Below, piece by piece: positions 25,426 to 37,749 of a DNA stretch of 64,000 nucleotides. The notes below the pieces were generated by a model. The model was not told the DNA's origin, did not search any database, and saw nothing but the letters and a program-made list of their open reading frames with translations. Each line of letters begins with the position of its first letter. The stretch's first letter is position 1. Both the position numbers and the translations under genes were made by a program. The DNA is from Isurus oxyrinchus (taxonomy: Eukaryota): positions 3,100,001 to 3,164,000 of the forward strand of contig JANJGN010000052.1 of the NCBI GenBank assembly GCA_026770705.1, in the 5' to 3' direction.

Positions 25426-25767
25426 ATTACATTGATTAACTCAAGTGATTAAAATGCTCAGCCTGTTCTGTAGATATTTAAAGATTAAAATTCTTGTTTT
25501 GCTGCAAAATACTTGGCTCAAAGACATAGCTTCCTGTTGTCACGTTTTCCAATCAGATGAATTCCTCTGTCCATCTTTATAATAGAAATTTCCAATGTAA
25601 ACATGTCACATTGTAACTGCACACTCTTGCCAGTGGGTGGTGTGATACCAAAGCTGTCTTGCTGCAGAGAAACAGCGAGAAATATTCCTGTTGTGTGCAT
25701 GAACTTCATGTTAGCATGAGACACAGGCATCAGATGAAATTTTGTGCTATTTGTACAATGTTCTTTA

Positions 25768-26286
25768 GACAGTGCAGCACTCCCTCAGATCAGACCCTCC
25801 GACAATGCAGCACTCCCTCAGTTCAAACCCTCTGACAGTGCAGCACTCCCTCAGTTCAGACCCTCCGACTGTGCAGCACTCCCTCAGTTCAAACCCTCCG
25901 ACAGTGCAGCACTCCCACAGTTCAGAACCTCCGACAGTGCAGCACTCCCTCAGTTCAGACCCTCTGACAGTGCAGCACTCTCTCAGTTCAGACCCTCTGA
26001 CAGTGCAGCACTTTCTCAGTTCAGACCCTCTGACAGTGGGGCACTCCCTCATTTCAGACCCTCCGACAGTGCAGCACTCCCTCAGTTCAGACCCTCCGAC
26101 AGTGCAGCACTCCTTCAGTTCAGACCCTCCGACAGTGCAGCACTCCCTCAGTTCAAACCATCCGACAGTGCAGCACTTCCTCAGTTCAAGCCCTCCGACA
26201 GTGTAGCTCTCCCTCAGTTCATACCCTCCGACAGTGCAGCACTCCCTCAGTACTGAACCTCCGACAGTGCCGCACTACCTCAGTAC
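25768..26286 (+). repeat. 33-bp minisatellite array
   Basis: About 15 units of GACAGTGCAGCACTCCCTCAGTTCAGACCCTCC. Confidence 0.95.
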
Positions 26287-27784
26287 TTCTCCGCCGATGC
26301 TGCCAGACCTGCTGAGTTTTTCCATGTATTTCTGTTTCTGTTTCTGTTTTGAATTTCCAGCATCTGCAGTTTTTTTGCTTTTAGTGCTGGGCAGTTCCTC
26401 AGCAAGGATTCGGGCCACAAAACATTGCGAGTGCTGTGGGTCTGCGCCACGATTTAGAGAGCTGTGCTTGGCACGCCTATTCTAGTCCCAGTCCAGTGTG
26501 GTGGGGAGAGTCTGGCAGTCCTGGGTTGGTCGTGCCCAGCATGGTGTGCAGGACGTGGTCAGTCCCTCACACACGTCCATCCTGGGGGTGGGTGTCTTGA
26601 TACTAGGCCGCAGGTGGCACAATCCCAGTCAGGGGAGGCATCTGCAGCCTGTCAGTGGGGAGCAGGTAATATAGAGAGTAGGGGTGGGGGTGGGAATCGA
26701 GGGGGGCCGGTGGTCTCTGTAAGTCACAGTACAATGGGCCTCTAGTTGGAGAGAGGTCAGGTCTACATGGGGCATTGGGATGTCAACATCAGACAGTCTA
26801 GGGAGGAGGACTGGGATGTCAACCCCGAACACAATAAGATCAAGGATTAAAGAGGAAGGGAGGAGACTGATTGGAAGGAGGGGAATGTGCACATTATGCT
26901 CCTCCAGCACGATGGGAGGGACTGTGATGGTTACGGGGGTGGGGGGGGGGGGTGACGTGTGAGGGGATAGACGCTTACCTGGTGGTATTGCCTCAGCCTC
27001 ACCCTTTTTCAAGCTGATCCAATGTCGCAGTTGAAGAATAAGCTACAAAACAAATTGGCAGGGGAGGTCTCCCAGGGCCTGTGGGAGACATCACCCACTG
27101 CATCTTCGGCCTGTTTGAAGGGGCACCCGAACAATTCCGGCTTTTCCAAATGATGAGGAAGACACAGCTGCACCCCGAGTCCCCTACTGGGGATCCAGAA
27201 GGTTGCAATAGCGCTGCGAGGGACTCATGGGCTCCACAGTGACTCCCTAATTAGCAACTGGAAGGTTTATGTTCATTTATCTTTATTATCCGTTCATATT
27301 GAGCTCCTGATTTGTCACCTTACTGTACCTCGTCCAATGCTTCTGTTATCAGGACTTCCACATCGATGTGAAAGAGCCATGATGATAGCAGACAGTCGCA
27401 CAATGGGAATGGCACTAGGCCAGTGATCCAGAGGCCCAGGTGAATGCTTTGAAGGCACGGGTTCAAATCCCACCACGGCAGCTGGAGGAATTTCAGTTCG
27501 ATTAATCAATAAATTTAATTGATTGATACATTTTTTTCTTATTCATTTCAGGGATGTTGGTGTCGCTGGCTAGGCCAGTATTTGTTGCCCATCCCCAATT
27601 GCCTTTGAGAACATCTGGATATCTGAGTTAGGATCAGGAGTAGGTCACTCAGTCCCTCGAACCTGCTCTGCCATTCAGTAAGATCATGGCTGATCTGATT
27701 GTCACCTCAACCTCAGATTCCTGCCTACCCCCAATGACCTTTCACCCCCTTGTTAATCAAGAATCTATCTAGCTCTGTGGAAGG

Positions 27785-28095
27785 GGAGCCAATCAATCGG
27801 GCTGCTTTGTCCTGGATGGTGTCGAGCTTCTTGAGTGTTGTTGGAGCTGCACTCATCCAGGCATGTGGAGAGTATTCCATCACACTCCTGACTTGTGCGT
27901 TGTAGATGGTGGACAGGATTTGGGGAGTCAGGAGGTGAGTTACTGTCTGCAGGGTTCCCAGCCTCTGACCTGCTCTTGCAGCCACAGTGTTTATATGGCT
28001 GGTCCAGTTCAGTTTCTGCTCAATGGTAACTCCCAGGATGTTGATATTGGGGGATTCATTGATGGTAATGCCATTGAATGCCAAGGGGCGATGGT
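27785..28095 (-). mobile_element. CR1-group LINE RT C-terminal fragment
   Basis: ILGVTI...LNWTSHI...QVRSVMEYS..W motifs. Confidence 0.85.
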
Positions 28096-28669
28096 TATGA
28101 ATGGTCTGTGGGATATTCTGGTACAAAATTTCAACACTCAGACTCCAGATGCAATATTCAAGTGGTTCCTTTATTAGGCATGTGGGGAGCAAACGCTGGG
28201 CAGTCCAGGCGCTTCTCCACCGAGGTTCAAATGAGCACAGTTTATATATTTTTTACTCTCAGTTACAAGGTAATGGTATTAGTTAGACAAAGGCCACAGC
28301 ACAATGACCCTCCGGTGGGCTGATAATTGTGTTCTTGTTCAGTAATTACAGGGCAGAGACTGGCTATTGTCCTTTTGAGACAGCAAAGAATCTATGTTTG
28401 TTCGCTACAAAAGGTTACCGGAGGCTGACTGGATGTGGTTCAAGGCCATCGGACGGTGTGAAATAACCTTCCCCATTTCTTGATTGAGTCACCCTGTGTC
28501 CTTGTGTGTGTGTCTCCCATTTCCTCATTGCAAATTTACAGCTGAGCCCTTAGTACAGGTTTTTAAGTTTTCACGTAAGGATGTGTACGCTTTGGTGCCC
28601 TAGCTGCTGGTCCTGGCTGGCTCTTGAACATAAATCCAAATTTTCTGCACCTTCAATTAGATTCTCTCT

Positions 28670-29730
28670 TGTTGGAGCTGGTCATTGCCTGGTACTTGTG
28701 TGGCATGAATGTTACTTGTCACCTGTCAGCCCAAGCCTGGATGTTGTCCAGGTCTTGCTGCATTTGGACATAACTTGCTTCAGTATCTGAGGAGCCGTGA
28801 ATGATGCTGAACATTGTGCAAACATCAGCAAACATCCCCACTTCTGACCTTATGATGGAAGGAAGGACATTGATGAAGCAGCTGAAGATGGTTGAGCCTA
28901 GGACACTACCCTGAGCAACTCCTGCACTGATGTCCTGGAACTGAGATGATTGACCCCCAATAATCACAACCATCGTCCTTTCTGCTGGGTATGACTCCAA
29001 GCAGCAGAGAGTTTTCCCCCGATTCCCATTGACTCCAGTTTTGCTCGGGCTCCTTGATTTGCCACACTCAGTCAAATGCTGCCTTGATGTCAAGGACAGT
29101 CCCTCTCACCTCTGGAGTTCAGCTCATTTGTGCATGTTTGAACCAAGGCTGTAATGAGGCCAGGAGCTGAATGATCCTGGTGGAACATAAACTGAGCGTC
29201 AGTGAGCAGGTTCTTGCTAAGCAGGTGCTGCTTGCAAGCGCTGTTGATGACCCCTTCCATCACTTTAGTAATGATCAAGAATAGACTGCTGGGGAATTGG
29301 CTGGGTTGGATTTGTCCTGCTTTTTGTGTACAGGACGTACCCCATAGCCGGGTAGTTGCCAGTGTTGCAGCTGTACTAGAAAATTCCAGAAAAGCTTGGC
29401 TAGGGGCGCAGCAAGTTCTGGAGCACAAGTCTTCAGTACTATTGCCAGAATATTGTCAGGGCCTGGAGCCTTTGCAATATCCAGTGCCTTCAGCCCTTTC
29501 TTGATGTCACGTGGAATTAATCGAATTGGCTAAAGATTGGCATCTGTGATGCTGGGGACCTCAGGAGGAGGCCGAGATGGATCAGCCACTCAGCACTTCT
29601 GGCTGAAGATTGTTGCGCATGCTTCAGTCTTGTCTTTTGCACCGATGTGCTGGGCTCCTCCATCATTGAGGATGGGGATATTTGTGGAGCCTCCTCCTCC
29701 AGTGAGTTGTTTAATTGTCCACGACTGGAT
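28670..29730 (-). mobile_element. CR1-group LINE RT fragment
   Basis: GVAQGSVLG, MFADVCT, MQQDLDNIQAWAD motifs; frameshifted. Confidence 0.85.
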
Positions 29731-31574
29731 GTGACATCTGGAATGCGAAGCTAGTCTCAGTAATGTTGACCATGAAACTAAGGCCAATTGTTGCAAAAAC
29801 CCATCTGGGTCACTAATGCCCTTTGGGGAAGGAAACCTGCCGTCCTTACCCATTCTGGCCTACGTGTGACTCCTGACCCACAGCAATGTGGTTGACTCTT
29901 AACTGGCCCCTGAAATGGCCGAGCAAGCCACTGAGTTATATCAAAACCCGCCACAGACCAGTCAAACCAGGCGAACTGCAGCACTTCGAAAAGGCAGCTC
30001 AGCACCCCCTTCTCAAGGGGTCCGTCTGGAACAGGTAACAAACGCTGTCCACATCCCATGAAAGAATTTTGGTAAAAAGGTAGCCGTGTATCACCACCCA
30101 CGGCCAGCGCCAACCCCCCCACCCCTACCTGATTGCACCAGTTTCAGATTACACCAGGTCAATGAACGGATAGAAACCCAAACCAATGAGATGAGCACAG
30201 AGAAGGATCAAGCCAGAGAGAGTTGGTGGGAAGAATTGGGAAAGCAACAAAAAAGGCAGAGCGGACACTAACGCTATAACAAAGTAAAGACCAGAGGAGG
30301 AAGGAAGCAAGTGTGAAGAGGAATTGAGAGTAGAGCTGGTAGGCTGCTTGTCGAAGCCAAGGAACCTCCATAGGGCACATCCACAGTGCTGTTGGGGAGG
30401 GTGATACATGATTTTGACCCAGGATCATCAAGTGTTGCACTGGCAGAACCTTTAAAGTAAAGGGACCTTTACTACCCATGCACCGCCCCGCCCTACAAAG
30501 CTGTTGACCTGCTGAGTCCACCTGTACAGGCAACCTCCAGACAGTTGGCTACAGAGGCCATTGCAGCTGCTGAATATGACTTCCCGTTTCAAACCCTTCA
30601 TGAATGCAAGGATGGAGAATTCAGCAGGAATATTCCTGCACACCCTGTGGCAGATCCTGTAAATAAAAGGGACCTTCACTCACTCCCCAAAGCTGCTGAC
30701 CTGCTGATTCACATCTACAGGCAACCTCCAAATAGTCAACTAGAGAAGACAACGCAGCTGCTGAATGTGACTCCTAGTTTTAAACCCTTCACTCTGGAAA
30801 GAAGGAATCCAGAGCAATGGCCTCAGTATGATTCTTCACAGAAACTGATTTTAAATCTCATGTCTAAGTATTATTTTTCCTTTGCTTACATTTTAATCCC
30901 TGCACCTGATGGCTTTATCGCTTCACATTTAATAACTTTCAGCAGGAGCCACGTTCAAATTGAATGGACAAGCTGGCTTGGGAGGCCAAAAGGCCTACTC
31001 CTGCTTCTGTTTATTTATGTTAGTGTTGTTATGTAGTGGAACTAGAGAGGTTATAGCAGTTATGAGAACATTAAGCAAACAGCAGCAAGAATTGAACACC
31101 TACGTTGTGGTTTATGAAAAGGTTTTCAACCTGGTCAACTGGTAAAATCTGTTGAAAGTGGGCTATCATGGCGTGTGCCCTTTGTGAGATATTTGTAACA
31201 ACGTTCTCGATGTCGGAACAGCTTGCATTGAACAAAGCTGATCTTTACCCAGAACTTCAGAGGAAGGGGGGACAATTGTTCCCTGGTGTGGGGGGCATGG
31301 TGGGGGGGGAGGGTGAGGGAGAGACAAGTAGCCTGAAGTACCAAGCCAGACACTTTGTGAAGACAAAAGTTGTTTATTCATTTTTTTTTACAAATCATAA
31401 TCTTTACAATTAAAGACCCGACAAGATAATGGTGAATCATGAACACATTGTCGGGGTGAATCTGTGCCCGGGAGCATAAAGCAGCAAAATCAGGAGCCCG
31501 CTTTACATCTCTCTGAATTTTAACTATCATTAACCCCAGTAACATCCATTCAAATGACTTAGTCATAAGATTCC

Positions 31575-32005
31575 TCACACATTCACTTGCACACTCACAC
31601 ACCCACACCCACACAGACACACTGACACACTCACTCATTCACATTGACACACACTGACACAGTCACACACACCCACACAGACACACTGACACACTCACTC
31701 ATTCACATTGACACACACTGAAACAGTCACACACACCCACACAGACACACTGACACACTCACTCATTCACATTGACACACACTGACACAGTCACACACAC
31801 ACATACACACACACACGCTGACACAATCACACACATTCACATTGACACACACATATTGACAGTCACACATACACACACACACTCACTCATAAAGACAGAC
31901 ACAAACACAGCCACGCACACACTAACACATACTCACACACACTCACTCACGCACACACACATTGATACACTCAAACACTCACAGACACACTCACATACTC
32001 ACACA
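31575..32005. repeat. CA-rich low-complexity tract
   Basis: Interrupted (CA)n. Confidence 0.9.
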
Positions 32006-32498
32006 TAAACAAAGAAGTTTACATTATAAACACTATAAACACAGGTTAGATTAAAAGTGCAGTATATTGGTACAAAGATAGGCCATAATGAAAACTTCAA
32101 TATGAGATCGTCACTAATAAATCCAATGGGGATTTCAGGAGAAATCTCTTCACCCAGACAGTGGGGAGAATGTGGAACTCGCTCCCACAGAGAGTAGTTG
32201 AGGTGAATAGTGTCGATGTATTTAAGGGGAAGCTGGATAAACACACGAGGGAGAAATGAATAGAAGGATATGGTGATGGGGTGAGATGGAGAAGGGGTGG
32301 GCGGAGTCTCGTGAGGAGCAGGAACACCAGCATGGAGCAGATGGGCCAAATGGCTTCTTTCCCTGCTGTAAAACGCAGGTAAAGTTTCAGTTGGAATTAA
32401 TGAACAGGGCCTGTGTTAAATAGATTGCTAAGCAGTAGATAAGGAGGGGAGAGGCTGTGGCATGGTGCAGGATGACCTTGCGTGAATGAGGACAGGGT

Positions 32499-32615
32499 CT
32501 AATATCTACAGCAGATACCACAAGTCTCATTTGGTTCTCTCCAATTACAGCAGTTACAGCAGAATCTGCAGTGCCGCTGTCTGCCCATTCTCTTCTGGCG
32601 CTGCAGCAAGGAGCC
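32499..32615 (-). CDS. HAMP: Hepcidin exon 3: GSLLQRQKR|MGRQRHCRFCCNCCNWREPNETCGICCRY*
   Basis: TTTTCCAG acceptor, phase 0; furin site RQKR; 8-Cys pattern C-x2-CC-x-CC-xn-C-x2-CC; TAG at 32501-32499. Confidence 0.93.
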   Translation of the reverse strand, partial: GSLLQRQKRMGRQRHCRFCCNCCNWREPNETCGICCRY

Positions 32616-33084
32616 CTGGAAAAGCAGGAGGACAATAGGTGAGAACATTCCGGAAAGAAAGAAGGCATCATTTCAATCAGGCGCGTCATTGGAAGGAGGA
32701 TGGCGCATTTCTATAGCGCCTTTCCCCTCCTCAGGATGGCCCAAAGTGTTCCACAGCTGAAGGAAGGACTTTTTCTGAAGTGAGCTCACCGCTGTAATGT
32801 AGGAAACGCAGCAGGCAATTCACGCACAGCAAGATCCCACAAACAGAAATGTGATAATGGCCCCGATTTTCAGTTTTTTACCAATGTCAGTTGAGGGATA
32901 AATGTTTGCCCCAGGAAAGCGGACATAACTCCACCCCATCCACCCCCCACCACCCCCTCCACACATACCCCCAACTCCTGACGCACTTCATCTAAATTGT
33001 GACCATGGACTCCTCTATATCCACCTGAGAGGGCAGATGTTGTCTCAGTTTAACATCTCATCTGAAAGACAGCGCCTTCAAAAG

Positions 33085-33345
33085 TGCAGCACCCCCTCAG
33101 TACTGACCGTCTGACAATGCAGCACCACTCAGTACTGACCCTCCAACAGTGCAGCACTCCCTCAGTACTGACCGTTTGACAATGCAGCACCCCCTCAGTA
33201 CTGACCCTCCGACTGTGCAGTCCCCCGCCGGTACTGACCCTCTGACAGTGCAGCACTCCAAGACTGACCGTCTGACAATGCAGCACCCCCTCAGTACTGA
33301 CCCTCCGACTGTCCTGCCCCCCCCGCCGGTACTGACCCTCCGACA
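33085..33345 (+). repeat. 33-bp minisatellite adjoining a SINE-like element (about 32700-33090)
   Basis: Same unit family as 25768-26286. Confidence 0.8.
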
Positions 33346-34882
33346 GCTCGGTAATTTCTCAATTATGCCTGGTGGTCCTTTTAACTCAGAGCTGAGAGTT
33401 GCAGAGAATCGAGCACACATCCTGAACTGACACTTGCAGTGCAAGTACTGGGAGCGCGCTGGTCATTATCATGCTGCTGTCTGTGGGATCTTACTGTGCG
33501 CCAATGGCTGATTCTTTTCCCACAGTACATCAGTGACCTCACATGAAAGAAAAAAAGCACTTGATTGTCTGCGAAACACTTTGGGACGTCCTGATGTGTT
33601 GGAAGGCGCTAGAGAAATGCAAGTCCTCTTTGTCTTTCACTCGATCCTCTAAGGTGTCTGTTGATTAACCAGCCTCTCGGTGTATGATGTAGGCCTGGTT
33701 ATAAACAGTTAGAAGGATCAAATATCAAAAATGCTTTGGCTGACAGTCAAACCGATTGTGCATTCGGAGAGATTAGATATGGTCTGCACACAATGACTCC
33801 AGTCTCTGGCACTGACTGCCGCCTGGGGTCTCCCTTCCACATAACACTCACAACTTGCATTTACACAGCGCCTCTGACATTGCAAAATGTCCCAGCCCAC
33901 GTTACCGGAGCGTAAATCAGAGAGAAGTCTAACACTGAGTCACATATGGAGATATTAGGGTTAGGTGACCAAAAGCTTGGTCAAAGATGTCAGTTTTTAA
34001 GGAGCGTCTTAAAGGAGAGAGAGAGAGAGAGGCAGAGAGGTTAAGGGAGGGTATTCCGGAGCTCAGGGCCCCAGGCAGCTGAAGGCACGGCCACCAATGG
34101 TGGAGTGATGGGAATCAGGGGGACCCGGGAGATGCAGTAATGTCAGAGATTTTGGAGGAACATCGGGACCGGAGGAGGTGTTCTCCTGCTCCATATCTCT
34201 CTCTCTCTTCCTCTCTTCCACTCCTCCTCTCCCTGTCTCTCTCTCTCCTACTCTTCCTCTCAATTGCCCTCTCTCCCAATCTTTCACTCCTCTCTCCCTT
34301 TTCCTGTCTCTCTCCCTCTCTCTCCCCTGTCTCCTTCTCCCACTCTGTATCTCTCCCTCTCTCTCACACTATTTTTGTACCTTTCGCTCACTCTGTAACT
34401 CTCCCTTTCCTGTTAATTTCTCTCTCTTGGACAATCTCTCTTCCCTTTTCACTTTCCCTCACTCCGCATCTCTTCTTTAATTTCTCCCTCTGTCACTCTC
34501 TCCCACCTATGTTCTTTCCCTTTCACCCCTCCCCGTCCCACTCTCTGTCTCTCTCTTCCAATCCCTCCCTCCCCCATTCCATCCCTCTCTCCGACTCTCG
34601 ACTCCCAGCCTCTCTTTAACCCACTCCCAGGCTGGATCAGTCTCCCTCTCACTGTTCCCGGCGTGGGTTACATTTAAAATTCCTGTGGGGATATGTTCAC
34701 TTCCTTGGAATTGTCTCTTCCCAGCTTTGCAAAAAAAGGGGGGGAGGGGGGCTCGATTTCAAACATGCCTCCTGAGTATAACCGAGACAGACTGCCACTG
34801 AAATCAGCTTGAAATCAGAAAACTTTCTGTGGAAGAAACGAGCAGGGAGAAACCTTAAAATAAGGAATGAATTTCCACCTAC

Positions 34883-34939
34883 CGTGTCCGGGGAATCCAC
34901 AGATTTCTCAATCGTCGAAGAACCTAAAGCAGTGTCAAC
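34883..34939 (-). CDS. HAMP: Hepcidin exon 2 (pro-region) VDTALGSSTIEKSVDSPDT
   Basis: TTTTTGCAG acceptor, ACG|GTAGGT donor, 57 nt, phase 0-0; size and position fit the short middle exon of hepcidin genes. Confidence 0.8.
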
Positions 34940-35659
34940 CTGCAAAAAGAAAGAATTTATCAGGGAGAAAGTGAGAGGAGGATTGAGGGAGAGGGAGAGA
35001 GAGAGAGAGAGGTACAGGAGAGAGAGAGGGAGGAGGACAGACTTGCATTTCTCTAACGCCTTTCACCACATCCCAATGCATTTCACAGCCACTGAAGGAT
35101 GTTTTTGAAGTGCACTCACACTGTAGGAAATGTGGCAGCTGATTTGTGCACAGCAAGATCCCACAAATAGCAATGTGATCATGGCCTAGATCATCTGCTT
35201 TTTAGTGATGTTGGGTGAGGGATAAATATTGGTCCCAGGACACCGGGGAGAACTCCCCCTGCTCTTCCTCCAAATAGTGGCTGTGGGATCTTTCACACCC
35301 GCCCGAGAGGGCAGACGGGGGACTCAGTTTAATGTCTCATTCAACATTGTTGCGCTCCCTCAGTACTAACCCTTTGACACTGCAGCACTCCCTTAGTATT
35401 AACCCTTCGATAGTGCTGCGCTCCCTCAGTACTGTCCCTCCGTCAGTGCAGCTCTATTTCAGTACTAACTCTTCGACACAGCAGCACTCCCTCAGTACTG
35501 ACCTCCGACAGTATAGCACTCCCTCAGTACTGTCCCTCCAATAGTGCAACACTTCCACACTACTGACCCTCTGAGAGTGCAGCACTCCCTCAGCACGGAG
35601 CGTTGATCAACATTATGGGACTGAATTCCCTGGAGTGAGACTCAGACCAGTGATTTAGG

Positions 35660-36440
35660 TAGGGTTGTGGGGGCTGGAGGAGGTTACAGAGATAGGGAGG
35701 ATTCTAGAGGCTGTAGGAGGTTACAGAGATAGGGAGGGTTGTAGGGGCTGTAGGAGGTTACAGAGATAGGGAGGTGAGTAGGGGCTGTAGGAGGTTAAAG
35801 AGATGGGGGGGTTGTGGGGGCTGGAGGAGGTTACAGAGGTAGGGAGGGTTGTAGAGGCTGGAGGAGGTTACCAAAATAGATACTGTTGTAGGGGCCACAG
35901 TAGGTTACAGAGATAGGGAGAGTTATAGTGTGGAGAGGACGTTATAGAGTTCATGAGCATTGTAGGGGCTGGAGGAGGTTACAGTGATTCTGAGGGTCGT
36001 GGGGCCTGGAGGAGTTTACAGAGATAGGGAGGGTTGTAGGGTCTGGAGGAGGTTACAGAGATAGGGAGGGTTGTAGGGTCTAGAGGAGGTTACAGTGATC
36101 ATGAGGGTTGTGGGGCCTGGGGGAGGTTACAGAGATAGGTAGGGTTGTAGGGGCTGGAGGAGGTTACAGAGATAGGGAGGTTTATAGGGGCTGGAGGAGG
36201 TTACAGAGATAGGGAGTGTTGTAGGGGCTGGAGGAGGTTACGGAGATAGGGAGTGTTGTAGGGGCTGGAGGAGGTAACAGAGATAGGGACAGTTGTAGGG
36301 GCTGGAGGAAGTTACAGAGATAGGGAGGGTTGTAGGGGCTGGAGGAGGTTACAGATATAGGGAGGGTTGTAGCGGCTGGAGAAGGTTACAGAGATAGGGA
36401 GGGTTGTAAGGCCTGGTGGAGGTTACAGAGATAGGGAGTG
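35660..36440 (+). repeat. 37-bp G-rich minisatellite (GTAGGGGCTGGAGGAGGTTACAGAGATAGGGAGGGTT) in HAMP intron 1
   Basis: About 20 tandem units. Confidence 0.95.
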
Positions 36441-36639
36441 GCTGAGGAGGGATTGAAAACAAGAATGAGAATTTCAGGGGAAATGACAGAAGGAAATGAT
36501 GTTAAATTCATAGAGGGCGACAATATTAAAGGCACGAACATAATAATATCAAACTGCGGAAGTGACCAGTCTATCTGGGTGGTAGACGTAGAGTCATGTG
36601 CAAGAAACACCTCACCCAGAGGGACATCTCTTAGCTTAC

Positions 36640-36732
36640 CCTCGACAAGGAGAAGAAGTGACTCAGCTGCAGGGAGAGCAGCAAAGTCAGAGTGAACAAG
36701 ACAAGTTGCCATTTCATCTGGGAGCTTCCCAT
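36640..36732 (-). CDS. HAMP: Hepcidin exon 1 (signal peptide) MGSSQMKWQLVLFTLTLLLSLQLSHFFSLSR
   Basis: ATG at 36732 (second ATG 36717), hydrophobic core, AGG|GTAAGC phase-0 donor; the three exons give an 88-aa prepropeptide. Confidence 0.85.
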
Positions 36733-36801
36733 CTCTGCCTGTCTCTTCTGATCATCTGGCTCTGCTTTGATGCTTTGGTTTGTAACTAGAGGAGCTTCCT
36801 G

Positions 36802-37015
36802 CTCTTATACCTGAAACACTTGAAGGGGACAGCCGCGGGTGGGTAGCTGTGTGGTATCACACCCATTTCTGGATATTGCAGTGTCGATGTTCCCTGTCCC
36901 ACTGGCCTGGGACCAGCAGTAAGGTCACTGGGACATTGACTGTCTGGCGCCGAGAACTATCAGTCCCTCCGCAACGCCCTTCACCTTGTGCAAATATGTG
37001 TTCATATTGACGCAA
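36802..37015 (-). promoter_or_regulatory. Hepcidin promoter: TATA-like TATAAGAG (36809-36802), BMP/Smad element GGCGCC-AGAC (36951-36942), C/EBP-like sites (36986-36993, 37007-37015)
   Basis: Motifs read directly; GGCGCC is the established BMP-response core of mammalian HAMP promoters. Confidence 0.6.
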
Positions 37016-37179
37016 CACAACATAGCAAAAACATAGGGGCTGGTTCTTATGTCGGCAAATCAGGTGAACCGCACGCCCCCTAACCCCTTACTCCTCTCAT
37101 TGCTACACTTACTATTTTACAAATTGTGTGCGTTGCTTTTATTTTGGACAAGGGGCCTCGAGGGGGAACTGATTTACAT

Positions 37180-37365
37180 TTTGTAACCTCCTCCAGCCCC
37201 TACAACACTCCTTATCTCTGTAACCTCCTCCAGCCCCTACAACCCTCCCTATCTCTGTAACCTCCTCCAGCCCCTACAACACTCCTTATCTCTGTAACCT
37301 CCTCCAGCCCCTGTAACCCTCCCTATCTCTGTAACCTCCTCCAGCCCCTGTAACCCTCCCCATCT
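37180..37365 (-). repeat. 37-bp minisatellite, inverted relative to 35660-36440
   Basis: About 5 units. Confidence 0.9.
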
Positions 37366-37749
37366 CTTGAAGGGTTCTCAAAATTTTCAACTGTCAAGGA
37401 ACCCTGGGTTGGTGAGCGTGAACCCTGACCTCTCCTAGTGCAATTTAGTTAGGGTTTGGGGGTGGGACAAGGGTAAGGGCATTAGTAGCGTGATTCTCCC
37501 TCGTTATGCCGTGTGTTCCCCATTCTTAACTCAGTGTACTTTGTAAGTCTGTATAATCTCAGTGTCATCCTAATGTTAGAAGTTCATTTGTGACTTCAGT
37601 AAACTCAGTTTTTGTCTTGCACCAAAACCAGTTGTCTGCTGCACTTTGTGACAAGCCCCGAATAAGTCCAAGGTCTAGAACCCAGGGAGTGGGAGTGATT
37701 CAGACGGCTCAGAAGTCGCAGGTGAAGCTGACACACACCACCACACCCT

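Noticed and set aside
25744-26256. Long repetitive ORFs (also 50556-51206, 37605-38246, 40956-41666)
   Set aside because: By-products of minisatellites that lack stop codons; no splice or domain evidence
26400-27260. Possible gene or classifiable transposon in GC-rich sequence
   Set aside because: Looks like decayed transposon debris, but no motif is secure enough to name a family
27440-27490. tRNA gene (GGTTCAAATCCC)
   Set aside because: Head of a tRNA-derived SINE; no full cloverleaf
32387-32689. ORF-track 100-aa ORF over hepcidin exon 3
   Set aside because: Wrong frame; the meaningful frame starts at the acceptor at 32615
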